DNA of 64,000 nucleotides from Alphaproteobacteria bacterium (GCA_014190355.1 BJGH01000001.1:244957-308956), one strand, 5' to 3'. Positions 32,856 to 42,941 are shown, counted from the stretch's first letter. Notes: generated from the letters alone by a model not told the origin. Translations and numbers: made by a program.

Positions 32856-33875
32856 TTAGGCAAAATTTTTTAAAAAACGAATATCATTTTCATAAAGCAA
32901 TCTTAAATCAGTGATGCCATATTTTAGCATAGCCAATCTCTCAATTCCAACTCCAAAGGCAAAGCCTTGAAATTGTTGATGATCGATCTGACAATTTTTT
33001 AAGACATTTGGATGAATCATACCACAACCAAGTATTTCCATAAATTTATCACCTTTACCAATCTCGATTTTGCCATTATTAACTCCATAATTAATATCAA
33101 CCTCTGCTGATGGCTCAGTAAAAGGGAAAAAACTTGCTCGAAAGCGAAGCTGAATATTGTCTACTTCAAAAAATTTTTGTAAAAAATATTCCAAAGTCCA
33201 TTTTAAATTTTCCATAGTGACATTTTTGTCGACAACAAAACCTTCAAATTGATGAAACATTGGAGAATGAGTTTGATCAAATTCTTTACGAAAAACCTTA
33301 CCAAGAGAACAAACTCGTAAGGGAACTTGAGAAGAAAGCATTTTTCTAATTTGTGTATTAGAAGTATGAGTTCTTAAAACTAAATCTGAATCTTTCAAAT
33401 AAAAAGTATCCTGCATTTGGCGAGCTGGATGATCCTCAGGAATATTCAAAGCACTAAAATTATGAAAATCATCTTCAATTTCTGGACCATAAGCAAATTC
33501 AAAATTTAATTCACTAAAAATTTTTTCAATATTGCTCATAACTCGCGTTATTGGATGAAGCGAACCTTTATTTTCTGGACGAATTGGAGCTGATAAATCA
33601 ATTTTTTCTTCTGCTAATTTAGCATTTAACTCAAGATTTATAAACAAATTTTTTTTATTTTCTATGCTAGTTGAAACAATATCACGTATTTTGTTAACCT
33701 CATTGCCAAAACTTTTCTTTTCTTCATTATTAAGACTTTTAAGATTAGCAAATAATTCGGTTATTATCCCTTTTTTTCCCAAAAAATTGATTCTCAACTC
33801 TTCTAATTGTTGAGGATTTTGAATTTGAGCAAATTGTGAATTGAAATTAGTTAAAATATTCTCTAGATTAATCAT
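32856..33875 (-). CDS. pheS: Phenylalanine--tRNA ligase alpha subunit
   Basis: HPARQMQDTFY, LRTHTS, THSPMFHQFEG, FPFTEPS, GFAFGVGIERLAML. Confidence 0.98.
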   Translation of the reverse strand: MINLENILTNFNSQFAQIQNPQQLEELRINFLGKKGIITELFANLKSLNNEEKKSFGNEVNKIRDIVSTSIENKKNLFINLELNAKLAEEKIDLSAPIRPENKGSLHPITRVMSNIEKIFSELNFEFAYGPEIEDDFHNFSALNIPEDHPARQMQDTFYLKDSDLVLRTHTSNTQIRKMLSSQVPLRVCSLGKVFRKEFDQTHSPMFHQFEGFVVDKNVTMENLKWTLEYFLQKFFEVDNIQLRFRASFFPFTEPSAEVDINYGVNNGKIEIGKGDKFMEILGCGMIHPNVLKNCQIDHQQFQGFAFGVGIERLAMLKYGITDLRLLYENDIRFLKNFA

Positions 33876-33958
33876 AACAAAAAAATAAAATTAAATTTAA
33901 TATTATTAAACCTATAAAAAAACTTGTTGTCAAGTTTAGTTAATTTAAAAAAATACCT

Positions 33959-34726
33959 ATGACTATTAATTACTTCGGCTGCGTAACTCTTTTAAAAAAA
34001 GAAATTCTGCGTTTTTTAAAAGTATATCACCAAACTTTATTTTCTCCGGTTGTAAACATTGTTTTGTTTCTTGCGGTTTTTAATCTATCTGTTGGTAATC
34101 ATATAGAAAGCATTCAAGGAGTTGACTTCGCTGTTTTCATGTCTGCAGGACTGATCATGATGTCAGCTTTACAAAACTCTTTTGCCAATTCATCATCTTC
34201 TTTTGTAATGGGAAAAGTTATGGGTCATATCGTAGACTATCTAATCCCTCCCCTTGGAGCACTTGAACTACTTATTGCTTTTGCAATTGGAGCAATTGCT
34301 AGAGGAGTATGCGTAGCAATTGTTTCTTATCTGGTAATATTAATTTTTGTTCCTTTGAAAATCTTTAGTTTCAGCTACATGCTGATTTATTTACTTTTGG
34401 GTTGTTCATTTTTAGGGATGATGGGAATTCTATGCGGAATATGTTCTGAAACTTTTGATCACATGTCTGCCATGACTAGCTATGTAATAACACCTTTGAC
34501 TTTTTTATCTGGAACTTTTTATTCAACCAATTCCCTTCCACCAATTTGGCGAGAAATATCTCACTATAATCCAATTTTTTATATGATTGATGGCTTTAGA
34601 TATAGTATAACAGGTTACAATGATGGAGGAATTGGAATTGGTATTAGCTATTTAATTATTCTTAATTTAATTCTAGGATTTGCTTTATTCACAATGCTTA
34701 AACATGGTTATAAAATAAAAAATTAA
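33959..34726 (+). CDS. ABC-2 type permease (YadH-like)
   Basis: KEILRF, GLIMM...N.F.N.SSS, TPLTFLSGTFYS, NPIFYMIDGFRY. Confidence 0.9.
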   Translation: MTINYFGCVTLLKKEILRFLKVYHQTLFSPVVNIVLFLAVFNLSVGNHIESIQGVDFAVFMSAGLIMMSALQNSFANSSSSFVMGKVMGHIVDYLIPPLGALELLIAFAIGAIARGVCVAIVSYLVILIFVPLKIFSFSYMLIYLLLGCSFLGMMGILCGICSETFDHMSAMTSYVITPLTFLSGTFYSTNSLPPIWREISHYNPIFYMIDGFRYSITGYNDGGIGIGISYLIILNLILGFALFTMLKHGYKIKN

Positions 34727-34831
34727 AATAATTTTAAAAAAACTCTTGCAAAAAAAAATAAATAGTTAATAATTAATCAAAACTTTTTAAGTTTTTATTT
34801 ATTATTATAAACTCACACCATTTAAAAAACT

Positions 34832-36880
34832 ATGACGCATCACAATCTCTTCGAACAAAACATTATTGCCCTTAACTCTGGTGAATCTATTGATCAGAGC
34901 AATAATACCAATAATTCAAATCTTTCACAAGCCTACAACCCTGTTTGCTTAAAACAAAATATTATTGATAACAACCCTGATAACTATGAAATCAATTTAT
35001 CTAGCGTTAATGTTAGCAAAGATAACAAAAAATTTGTAAATAATAACCAAAAAATTATTGATTGCCTTAGATTAATCAGGAGTGAAAATATTGGGGTTTT
35101 TTCCTTTTGGCAATTAATAGAATTTTTTGGAGATGTTTCTACTGCAGTAAAGGAAGCTGATAATTTCTTCAAAAAATTAAATCTTAAAAAAAAGGTTAAA
35201 ATTGCCAGTATGGATTTGGTTGAAAAAGAACTTGAAGATACTGAAAAATTCGGAGCAAGATTGATAAGTTTTTTTGATGACGATTATCCCAAATCTTTAC
35301 AAAAAATTTTCGATTCTCCTCCTGTAATTACCGTAAAGGGTGATATTTCTCTACTTGAACATAACTCAATCTCAATTGTAGGATCTAGAAATTGTTCATT
35401 TAATGGAGCAAATATTGCTAAAAAAATTGCCGTAGAATTTGGTCAGAATTCTTTTATTACCATATCAGGACTAGCAAGAGGTATTGATAGCGCTGTTCAC
35501 GAAGCATCTATTTTAAGCGGAACAATTGGGGTAATTGCCGGAGGAATAAACAGCATTTATCCCCATGAAAATCGGCGATTATATCAACAAATCTCAGAAG
35601 TTGGTTTGTTAATCAGCGAAATGCCATTTAATGCTCCGCCAAAAAGCAATTATTTCATTAAAAGAAATCGAATTATTTCCGCTCTAAGTTCAAGTTTAAT
35701 TGTTATTGAAGCTTCAGCTAAATCAGGAAGCTTAGCAACTGCCCGTTTTGCTTTAGAGCAAGGAAGAGAAGTTTTTGCCTGCGCAGGATCACCTTTTGAT
35801 CCAAGATGCTCAGGGGTTAATCAACTTATTAGAGATGGAGCTAACATTATTAGTAATCTAGATCATTTAATTGATGATGTAAAAAAAATTGCAACCAACT
35901 TTCGAAAAGGCCTAGCAAATCAAATTACATCTCCAAAAATCAATTCACAAACTTATGATAATGTTTTTAATAACAAAAAAAATTATAATTATGTTTTACA
36001 ATCAGACAAATTATTCGAGGATTTGTTGATTGATATTAAACAAAATGATAATACTTCTGATATTCTTGATCAAGAATACAACTCTTTTTTATCAGGCCAA
36101 GAGCTCTTTTCATCAGAAAATTCATCGATAAATTCTCATGAAGATTTTAAAAATCAAGAATCTCTGTTTAATAAAAACAATAACTCATACTCTTATTCAA
36201 CCTCAGAAAATCTTGATAAAAATGTCAACTTAAAAAAATCTGCCTGTTTGCCTGAAGAAGCAAATTTATTGCCACAAGAAGATCAAGCTTTGGTTAAAAA
36301 AAATAAAGCAAAATCAACTCATGGCAAAAAAGAAGTTATTATTATTGGCAAAGTCAAAAACTATGCCAATAATAATGACGATATTATTGATAAAAAAAAA
36401 TCTAATCAAATTAATCATAGCCATTCTAATCAAAGCCAAATTAATCAGGATGAAATTAATCGAAAAGAAAATAAATTTTTGGCAATAAAAAAAAATGACA
36501 CTAATAATATTATTAACAACTCAATAGAAAATAACAATCCCAACAATCATAATAATCCAAACTATCACTGCACTTTTTTTGAAGATAATTTCGAAAATTA
36601 TTCATTAAAATCTCAAGACAATAACGTATCAAATGATTTTCAAAACTGCGATTCAAAAAATATGGTTAGCAATGATTTGTCCGAAAGTCAAATGCAGGTT
36701 ATTTTAGATAATATTTTTGCTAAAATAAACCACAATCCCATAGCAATTGATGATATAATTCAACAATTAAACCTGCCTGCACGAATAATTAATGTTGCAT
36801 TAGTTCAGCTGGAAATAAGTGGTAAAATTTCTGTAAATCAAGGAAAAGTTTATGGCGAATCTAAGTTATTATATGGATAA
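34832..36880 (+). CDS. dprA: DNA-processing protein DprA with a long low-complexity insertion
   Basis: SIVGSR, ISGLARGIDS..H, F.KRNRIIS, SGSLATA, GREVFA; winged-helix tail LVQLEISG. Confidence 0.93.
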   Translation: MTHHNLFEQNIIALNSGESIDQSNNTNNSNLSQAYNPVCLKQNIIDNNPDNYEINLSSVNVSKDNKKFVNNNQKIIDCLRLIRSENIGVFSFWQLIEFFGDVSTAVKEADNFFKKLNLKKKVKIASMDLVEKELEDTEKFGARLISFFDDDYPKSLQKIFDSPPVITVKGDISLLEHNSISIVGSRNCSFNGANIAKKIAVEFGQNSFITISGLARGIDSAVHEASILSGTIGVIAGGINSIYPHENRRLYQQISEVGLLISEMPFNAPPKSNYFIKRNRIISALSSSLIVIEASAKSGSLATARFALEQGREVFACAGSPFDPRCSGVNQLIRDGANIISNLDHLIDDVKKIATNFRKGLANQITSPKINSQTYDNVFNNKKNYNYVLQSDKLFEDLLIDIKQNDNTSDILDQEYNSFLSGQELFSSENSSINSHEDFKNQESLFNKNNNSYSYSTSENLDKNVNLKKSACLPEEANLLPQEDQALVKKNKAKSTHGKKEVIIIGKVKNYANNNDDIIDKKKSNQINHSHSNQSQINQDEINRKENKFLAIKKNDTNNIINNSIENNNPNNHNNPNYHCTFFEDNFENYSLKSQDNNVSNDFQNCDSKNMVSNDLSESQMQVILDNIFAKINHNPIAIDDIIQQLNLPARIINVALVQLEISGKISVNQGKVYGESKLLYG

Positions 36881-37069
36881 ATAAAATCTAAAAAAACAAT
36901 AAAGAAAAATTTTAATAAACTATCTTAATTCAATTAATTGTTTAAAAGTTTTTTAGGATTTTAAAATTAGCAATTGCTAAACCATGATTTTTTTTAACTA
37001 ATTTTCAATTTTTATAACCTTATTATCTCTAAACTAAAAGATAATTCTTAAAGACTTTGAAGTTTGTTA

Positions 37070-37170
37070 GCTAAGGTTTTTATAAATCTTCAGAAAAGTT
37101 ATTTAATAAACCTCTAAAAGTTTTATTTGATAAACCTTCAAAAAGGTTATTTTTTAAATCTTTGAAATTA
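37070..37170. repeat. Degenerate ~23-24 bp tandem repeat, about 4 units
   Basis: Units read ataaatcttcagaaaagttattt, aataaacctctaaaagttttattt, gataaaccttcaaaaaggttattt, tttaaatctttgaaa. Confidence 0.45.
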
Positions 37171-37462
37171 AACTAACTTTTGGTTTTGTTTACCAAACCC
37201 TATAAATGCTTTAATTATAAAAAAGATTTTTAGATAGAATCCCTAAAAAAATATTAATTAAAATAACTCAAATATAAGTCCTGTTATTGGATTATTTTTT
37301 GGTTAATGCGATAATTAAAATAGAAGTAATTTTTAGGATAAGATCAACTAATTATTGTTCTAATCTAGATTTACTTTTTATATCAATTTCTTAAAAATTA
37401 TTTTCTATAATTATTGACATTTTTTTATTAAATTATTTTTAATTAAAATAAAATTCCCAAAA

Positions 37463-37868
37463 TTATGTAAATAAATTTAAAGATATTTAAAATTCTTGGC
37501 AAAGATAATTTCAAATTAAAAAAAATACCAAGAAAAATTAATCAAAGAAAAGTCAGTTTTAAAGGATAAAGAGTCGTTAATTAAAAAAAATTGCAATAAG
37601 AATATTTCATCTAAAAAAGTTATCTAAAATAAAAAAATAATAAATTTCTTATTTATAAAAAAATTTTATGTAAATAAATTTAAAGATATTTAAAATTCTT
37701 GGCAAAGATAATTTCAAATTAAAAAAAATACCAAGAAAAATTAATCAAAGAAAAGGCAGTTTTAAAGGATAAAGAGTCGTTAATTAAAAAAAATTGCAAT
37801 AAGAATATTTCATCTAAAAAAGTTATATAAAATAAAAAAATAATAAATTTCTTATTTATAAAAAAAAT
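37463..37868. repeat. 203-bp direct tandem duplication (2 copies, 2 internal substitutions)
   Basis: ttatgtaaataaatttaaagatatt...tttcttatttataaaaaa starts at 37463 and at 37666. Differences: aagtcag/aaggcag and ttatcta/ttatata. Confidence 0.95.
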
Positions 37869-37885
37869 TATTTAGTACAAATTTT

Positions 37886-38689
37886 TTATCCAAAAAAAAT
37901 GAAAGTAATTAAATAATTTGACAGGAGAATGAAGATTGAAGAGGAAACTACAGCATTTGTTGTTGCGTTACCAACTCCCTCCGCTCCTCGATTAGAGTAA
38001 TACCCAAAATAACAACCCATGACTGCAATTAAAAATCCAAAACAACTTGCCTTAACTAATCCCGAAACTACATCAATAAACTCAAGAAATTTAAAAGTAT
38101 TTGCAATATATGGTCCAGCTGAAAAACCTAAGGAATGAACACTCACTAAATAACCACCCATTACCCCAATAATATCGGCAATCAATACTAAAATTGGTAA
38201 CACTAATACTGAAGCAATTAATCGCGGAACAATTAGATATTTAAAAGGGTTGGTTGATAAGGTTCTTAAAGCATCAATTTGCTCGGTTACTCTCATTGTT
38301 GCAATTTCTGCAGCAATTGACGCACCTACTCTGCCTGCAACCATCAAACCTGCAAGAACTGGACCAAGTTCTCGAGTAATTGACAATACCACAACTGTTG
38401 CAATTGTACTTTCGGCATTAAATCTTGAAAAACCTGAATAACTTTGTAAAGCTAGCACTGCTCCAGAAAATATTGCTGTTAAACCAACTACCGGTAAAGA
38501 AAAATAGCCAATTCTAAGCATTTGTGAAAAAATTAAACGCAAATAAAAAGGGGAATGAAAACAATGGAATACAGCTCGCGATGCAAAAACAGTAATTTCG
38601 CCAATTTTGGCTATCTGTTCTTGAGTATATCTACCAAGCTTGGCAATAAAATTAAAAATAAGTTGCATTAAATAATTAGTCACAAACAA
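37886..38689 (-). CDS. mlaE: MlaE lipid-asymmetry ABC permease (start possibly ATG 38668)
   Basis: RELGPVLAGLMVAGRVGASIAAEIATMRVTEQIDAL and GAEGVGNATT. Confidence 0.95.
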   Translation of the reverse strand: MFVTNYLMQLIFNFIAKLGRYTQEQIAKIGEITVFASRAVFHCFHSPFYLRLIFSQMLRIGYFSLPVVGLTAIFSGAVLALQSYSGFSRFNAESTIATVVVLSITRELGPVLAGLMVAGRVGASIAAEIATMRVTEQIDALRTLSTNPFKYLIVPRLIASVLVLPILVLIADIIGVMGGYLVSVHSLGFSAGPYIANTFKFLEFIDVVSGLVKASCFGFLIAVMGCYFGYYSNRGAEGVGNATTNAVVSSSIFILLSNYLITFIFFG

Positions 38690-38891
38690 TTAATTTAGTT
38701 AAAAATAAGTTAAACTTAGAAACCAGTTATAAATAGAATCAATTGAATTTATTAATATCAAAATCAAATTAACATTAATTTAATTTTTAATCAAGTTTAA
38801 GTTTATTAAACAGAAAATATCGATAATTGCCAATCACAAATTTGTTTATAAGTTTTTATAAAATAATTTTTTTATTGTAAAATTAGATAAT

Positions 38892-39500
38892 ATGAAAAAA
38901 ATATTAACTTCTTTAATTATCATAGCTTGTTTAGCTGCTAACTTAACATCATGCCAAAAAACTATAACCCAAAAAATTTGGAATAATAATTTTTTTAACG
39001 AAATTTTTTATAATTTTTTAATTAGCCGAGATGGACAATTTATTGTTTTCCTCAGTAACAAATATCATTATGTTTTTAATGATCATAGTGGAAAAATTAA
39101 AAAATTAATTTTATGGAAAAAAAGTCACGATGCTCTTCATCTTAATCTAGATAAAACATTTTTAAATCTTGATGCACAAAATAACCTTCAAGGTGAAGTT
39201 TTTGTTGATGCCGATTTAGAGAAACTAAATCAACTGGACATCAATACCTTAAAATCAATAGGTTTCTACTTTAATAGCAATAAAATGTCAGTAAATTTTA
39301 AAATTTTTGGCAAAAGATATCAAGCTCCACCAAACTTGGCCAACAGAACTTCTCGCTTAAGTGCTCCTTATAATGTTCGAGTTTTTTATAAAATTCAACC
39401 TCATCAAAAAATTCTTAAAGCATCACTAACTCCAATAACTCTTGTTCTTGATACTCTAATGATATCAGGCAAAATCTTGAGTTTTCCCTTCAAAGATTAA
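38892..39500 (+). CDS. Hypothetical lipoprotein
   Basis: Lipobox LTSC; DG..IVF...KYHYVF; C-terminal LTPITLVLD. Confidence 0.7.
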   Translation: MKKILTSLIIIACLAANLTSCQKTITQKIWNNNFFNEIFYNFLISRDGQFIVFLSNKYHYVFNDHSGKIKKLILWKKSHDALHLNLDKTFLNLDAQNNLQGEVFVDADLEKLNQLDINTLKSIGFYFNSNKMSVNFKIFGKRYQAPPNLANRTSRLSAPYNVRVFYKIQPHQKILKASLTPITLVLDTLMISGKILSFPFKD

Positions 39501-39569
39501 AAAATTACCTTGTAAAGAAAAAACCTTAGATTTAAAATAAAATTTCATATTAAACATAACTTTTAACAT

Positions 39570-40070
39570 TTGCTGTTAATGGCTGTTAGCATAAATAAAA
39601 TACAAAATATTATAACAAAACTTAACAACTTTAAAGCACAACTAAGAAACTATAATTTTTTCTTGGGTTTCAGTTTAAAAGCAATTTCAAGAACTTGGAC
39701 ATCTTTTAGATCAAATAATTTATACTCAAATTTCAAACCTTTAGCTGTTACTTTATTTGCTATTTCCCTTTGTATACTTCAAAGCTATACCATAAGCCAT
39801 TCAATTGCCCATAATTTCGATAAAAAATCTGATATTTATAACAACCAATTTGAAATTAAAAATTCTCTAAACTCTAAATTCTCTGATGACAACTCCAATG
39901 ATTGCAAGCTATGTTTATTTGCCAATTTTTGTAAGAAAATTACCAATTTTAATAACATAATTTTTGGCTTAATTGCTACGAAAATAATTTTTGATCATCA
40001 AAAGATTTTAAATATCAAAACTAGATCAATTTTTAAATGTAATTGCCGAGCCCCTCCCCTTGCTATATAA
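39570..40070 (+). CDS. DUF2946/CruR-like leader protein (TM, HxxxH, CxxC, C-terminal RAPP); start uncertain
   Basis: Hydrophobic segment, HSIAH, CKLC (39903-39914) and RAPP (40047-40058) three codons before the stop; directly upstream of a TonB-dependent receptor. Confidence 0.75.
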   Translation: MLLMAVSINKIQNIITKLNNFKAQLRNYNFFLGFSLKAISRTWTSFRSNNLYSNFKPLAVTLFAISLCILQSYTISHSIAHNFDKKSDIYNNQFEIKNSLNSKFSDDNSNDCKLCLFANFCKKITNFNNIIFGLIATKIIFDHQKILNIKTRSIFKCNCRAPPLAI

Positions 40071-40146
40071 AAGAAAAACTCGGTTTTAATCTAACTTAAA
40101 ACCAACTTTTAAAATAACAATTTTATCCCCATAAAATTTATAGCAA
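40060..40146 (+). promoter_or_regulatory. Putative cis-regulatory RNA structure between the RAPP leader and the receptor gene
   Basis: Outer helix TTGCTATA 40060-67 / TATAGCAA 40139-46 encloses hairpins GGTTTTAA/TTAAAACC (40082-40103) and AATTTTAT/ATAAAATT (40119-40138). Confidence 0.55.
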
Positions 40147-40163
40147 TTCCAATTACTTAAATT

Positions 40164-42266
40164 ATGTCTATCAACAAATTAAACCAGTCGTTTTTACAAA
40201 AAATTACCCTAATCAGCGTTAAAGCTTGTACATTATTCTTCTTAAATTCAGCCTACGCTAAAGAGACTTTAAATTACGAAATTACTGCCGAAAAGCTTAA
40301 CAACTCACGAAATAACATCTATAATAAAACTCACTCTTCTTCATATAATTTTGATGAACAGTCATTACAAAATCTTCCTTTGGGAGAAGCAACATCTCTA
40401 AATCAAGTTTTAGGAAGAGCTCCAGGAGTTACTGTTGGCAGTCATGGTCAAGTTCACATCAGAAACGAACACAGCAATGTCCAATATCGTATCAACGATG
40501 TTATTATTCCTGAAGGCATTAATGGCTTTGGACAAGTCTTTGATGTCAGATTTGCTGATTCTATTAACCTTCTTACCGGAACACTTCCAGCCCAATATGG
40601 CTATCGCACAGCTGGAGTTGTTGAAATCAAAACTAAAGATCAAGTCAAAAATTCTAAACTTGACAAAGGAGCATATAGCGAACTTTTGGTTGGAACCAAT
40701 AATGATCTTGGTGTTAACCAACAAATAAGCGGTAATGTCAATAACTTAAATTATTTTTTAAGTGCTTCATATTTACAAAATAATCGAGGAATTGAATCGC
40801 CAACTAGCGCCAGAAATTCAACACATAATGATACTAAACAAGATAAAGTATTTGGATATTTTTCAAAATTATTAAATGAAAAAAATCGTTTATCACTAAT
40901 CCTTGCAAACGCTACCAATCGCTATCAGATACCAACTTCTGCTAATCAAATATTAGAACATGAATTTGAAGGAATTCAAAATATCAATTCTCGTGATATT
41001 AATGATAATCAAAAAGACTCCAATCGCTTTGCAATTTTATCACTTCAGGGGATAAATAATTCTGGCTTAGATTATCAAATTGCTGGTTTTGTTCGCCATA
41101 GCCAATTAGATTTCCGTGCAGACAGCATTGGCGGTTTAACTTTCAATGGAATTGCCTCAAATATCGATCGCTCCAGCTTTAATTCAGGATTGCAAGGTGA
41201 TTTTAGCAAAGAACTAAATGACAAAAATACCGCAAGATTTGGTTTTTATTTCAGCGATTCAAGAATTGATAATTCTAGCAATAATCTTACATTTGCAACA
41301 GATGATAATGGCGATAAAACTGGAATAATTCGTCTTCATACTAACATTAATAACAATACTCGTTTATACAGCATTTATGCTCAAAACGAATTTAAAGCAA
41401 ATAAAAAACTAGCATTTAACTTTGGTGCAAGATTGGACAAAGTCCAAGGAATTGTTGATCAACAACAATTATCCCCAAGATTTAGTTCATTGTATAACCT
41501 TAGCGAAAAAACTAAAATTCATGCAGGTTATGCAAAGTTTTTTACCGCTCCAAAATCTGAATTATCTGGTAATCGTAACCCACAAATTTTTACTAATACC
41601 ACTAATCAACCAGAAAATTTTAATAATTCTAAATTAAGATCTGAAGTTAGTGATTATTTTGATGTTGGTATCTCTCATAAGCTTAATAAAGAATTAACTC
41701 TTGGAGTTGAAGGTTATCACAAAGATGTCAAAAATCTTCTCGATGAAGGGCAATTTGGCAATGCTTTAATTTATGCTCCGTATAATTTTAAAAAAGCTAA
41801 AATTTTTGGAGTTGAGTTTACATCTAATTACAAAAAAGATAACTTATCAGCCTATGCCAATATTGCTTGGCAAAAAGCTCGAGCTCATAAAATCCTCTCA
41901 GGTCAATACTTGCTTGAAGATGCAGAAATTGATTTTATCTCGAAAAATTATGTTCATTTAGATCACGAACAAAGAACTACCGCTTCTGCTGGTGTTTCTT
42001 ATAAAATCGCAAAAAATACTTTAGGATCTGATTTACTTTTTGGTAGTGGAATGCGTCGAGGAGATGCCTCTACCCTTAGTATGCCTGCATATACCGTGTT
42101 AAATGTTTTTGCAAGCCGAGAAATTGCTAAAATTAATTTTCGTTTTGCAGTTAACAATATCTTTGATCGAGTATATCGTTTACATGATGGAACTGGAATT
42201 GGTATGAATGCTTCGCAATATGGAATGAGAAGAACTTTTTACCTAATTGTCAGCAAAAGTTTTTAA
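40164..42266 (+). CDS. TonB-dependent outer-membrane receptor
   Basis: Signal peptide ending AYA; plug motifs L...PGV, HIRNEH, GTLPAQYG..TAGVV; VNNIFD.Y; terminal Phe. Confidence 0.92.
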   Translation: MSINKLNQSFLQKITLISVKACTLFFLNSAYAKETLNYEITAEKLNNSRNNIYNKTHSSSYNFDEQSLQNLPLGEATSLNQVLGRAPGVTVGSHGQVHIRNEHSNVQYRINDVIIPEGINGFGQVFDVRFADSINLLTGTLPAQYGYRTAGVVEIKTKDQVKNSKLDKGAYSELLVGTNNDLGVNQQISGNVNNLNYFLSASYLQNNRGIESPTSARNSTHNDTKQDKVFGYFSKLLNEKNRLSLILANATNRYQIPTSANQILEHEFEGIQNINSRDINDNQKDSNRFAILSLQGINNSGLDYQIAGFVRHSQLDFRADSIGGLTFNGIASNIDRSSFNSGLQGDFSKELNDKNTARFGFYFSDSRIDNSSNNLTFATDDNGDKTGIIRLHTNINNNTRLYSIYAQNEFKANKKLAFNFGARLDKVQGIVDQQQLSPRFSSLYNLSEKTKIHAGYAKFFTAPKSELSGNRNPQIFTNTTNQPENFNNSKLRSEVSDYFDVGISHKLNKELTLGVEGYHKDVKNLLDEGQFGNALIYAPYNFKKAKIFGVEFTSNYKKDNLSAYANIAWQKARAHKILSGQYLLEDAEIDFISKNYVHLDHEQRTTASAGVSYKIAKNTLGSDLLFGSGMRRGDASTLSMPAYTVLNVFASREIAKINFRFAVNNIFDRVYRLHDGTGIGMNASQYGMRRTFYLIVSKSF

Positions 42267-42284
42267 TATTTTAAATAATTAAAC

Positions 42285-42938
42285 ATGCTCATAAATTTAA
42301 TCAAAGCTGGAGGAATCACTATGATTCCTCTGGCAATTCTTGCGGTAATTGCTCTAGCAATTATTATTGATAAAATTATTTTTTACCGAAAACTTGTTAA
42401 TATACCACAAAGTCTCATTGACTTAATTGAAAAATATAATTTTGATTGGCAATTGTTAAAAAATAATTTAAAACAACTTCCCTCGCAAAATTGTTATCGT
42501 CAGTTTTTTGAAATTATTGTTGATATTCAAGATCAAGATCATTCAAATAAATCTTCACCAAAAGAAATCCCAGTCTGGTGGATTGAATCACGAACCAATG
42601 ATCAAGCAAAAGTTATTGAAAAAAAACTTAATTCTAGCCTTTGGCTTTTGGAAACAATTATTACCGCTTCACCTTTACTGGGATTATTTGGAACTATAAT
42701 TGGCATGATGGCTTCTTTTAAAATCATTGGAAATTCTACAATCATTAATCCAACCTTAGTTTCAGCAGGAGTTGCCGAAAGTTTAATTGCAACTGGTTTT
42801 GGATTATTAATTGCCATTATTGCCTTATTTGCTTTTAACTATTTTTCACGCTTACAAAATCAAACTTTAGATGAAATGGAAAGACTTGCCACAAAGCTGA
42901 TTGATCACATAAAAATTGATCGCAAAATTAATGACTAG
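42285..42938 (+). CDS. exbB: ExbB (MotA/TolQ/ExbB family)
   Basis: LETIITASPLLGLFGTIIGM and GVAESLIATGFGL..AI.A. Confidence 0.9.
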   Translation: MLINLIKAGGITMIPLAILAVIALAIIIDKIIFYRKLVNIPQSLIDLIEKYNFDWQLLKNNLKQLPSQNCYRQFFEIIVDIQDQDHSNKSSPKEIPVWWIESRTNDQAKVIEKKLNSSLWLLETIITASPLLGLFGTIIGMMASFKIIGNSTIINPTLVSAGVAESLIATGFGLLIAIIALFAFNYFSRLQNQTLDEMERLATKLIDHIKIDRKIND

Positions 42939-42941
42939 ATT

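Noticed and set aside
37463-37676. TTATGTAAAT at the start of each 203-bp unit, resembling a XerD-binding dif arm and suggesting a replication terminus
   Set aside because: There is no convincing XerC arm at 6-bp spacing, and by eye the + strand stays C-rich on both sides with no skew switch. Such a match is likely by chance in this composition. A computed cumulative GC skew would settle it.
36881-37885. Possible oriC or CRISPR array in the 1-kb intergenic region
   Set aside because: I saw no cluster of TTATCCACA DnaA boxes, no repeat-spacer alternation and no cas genes.
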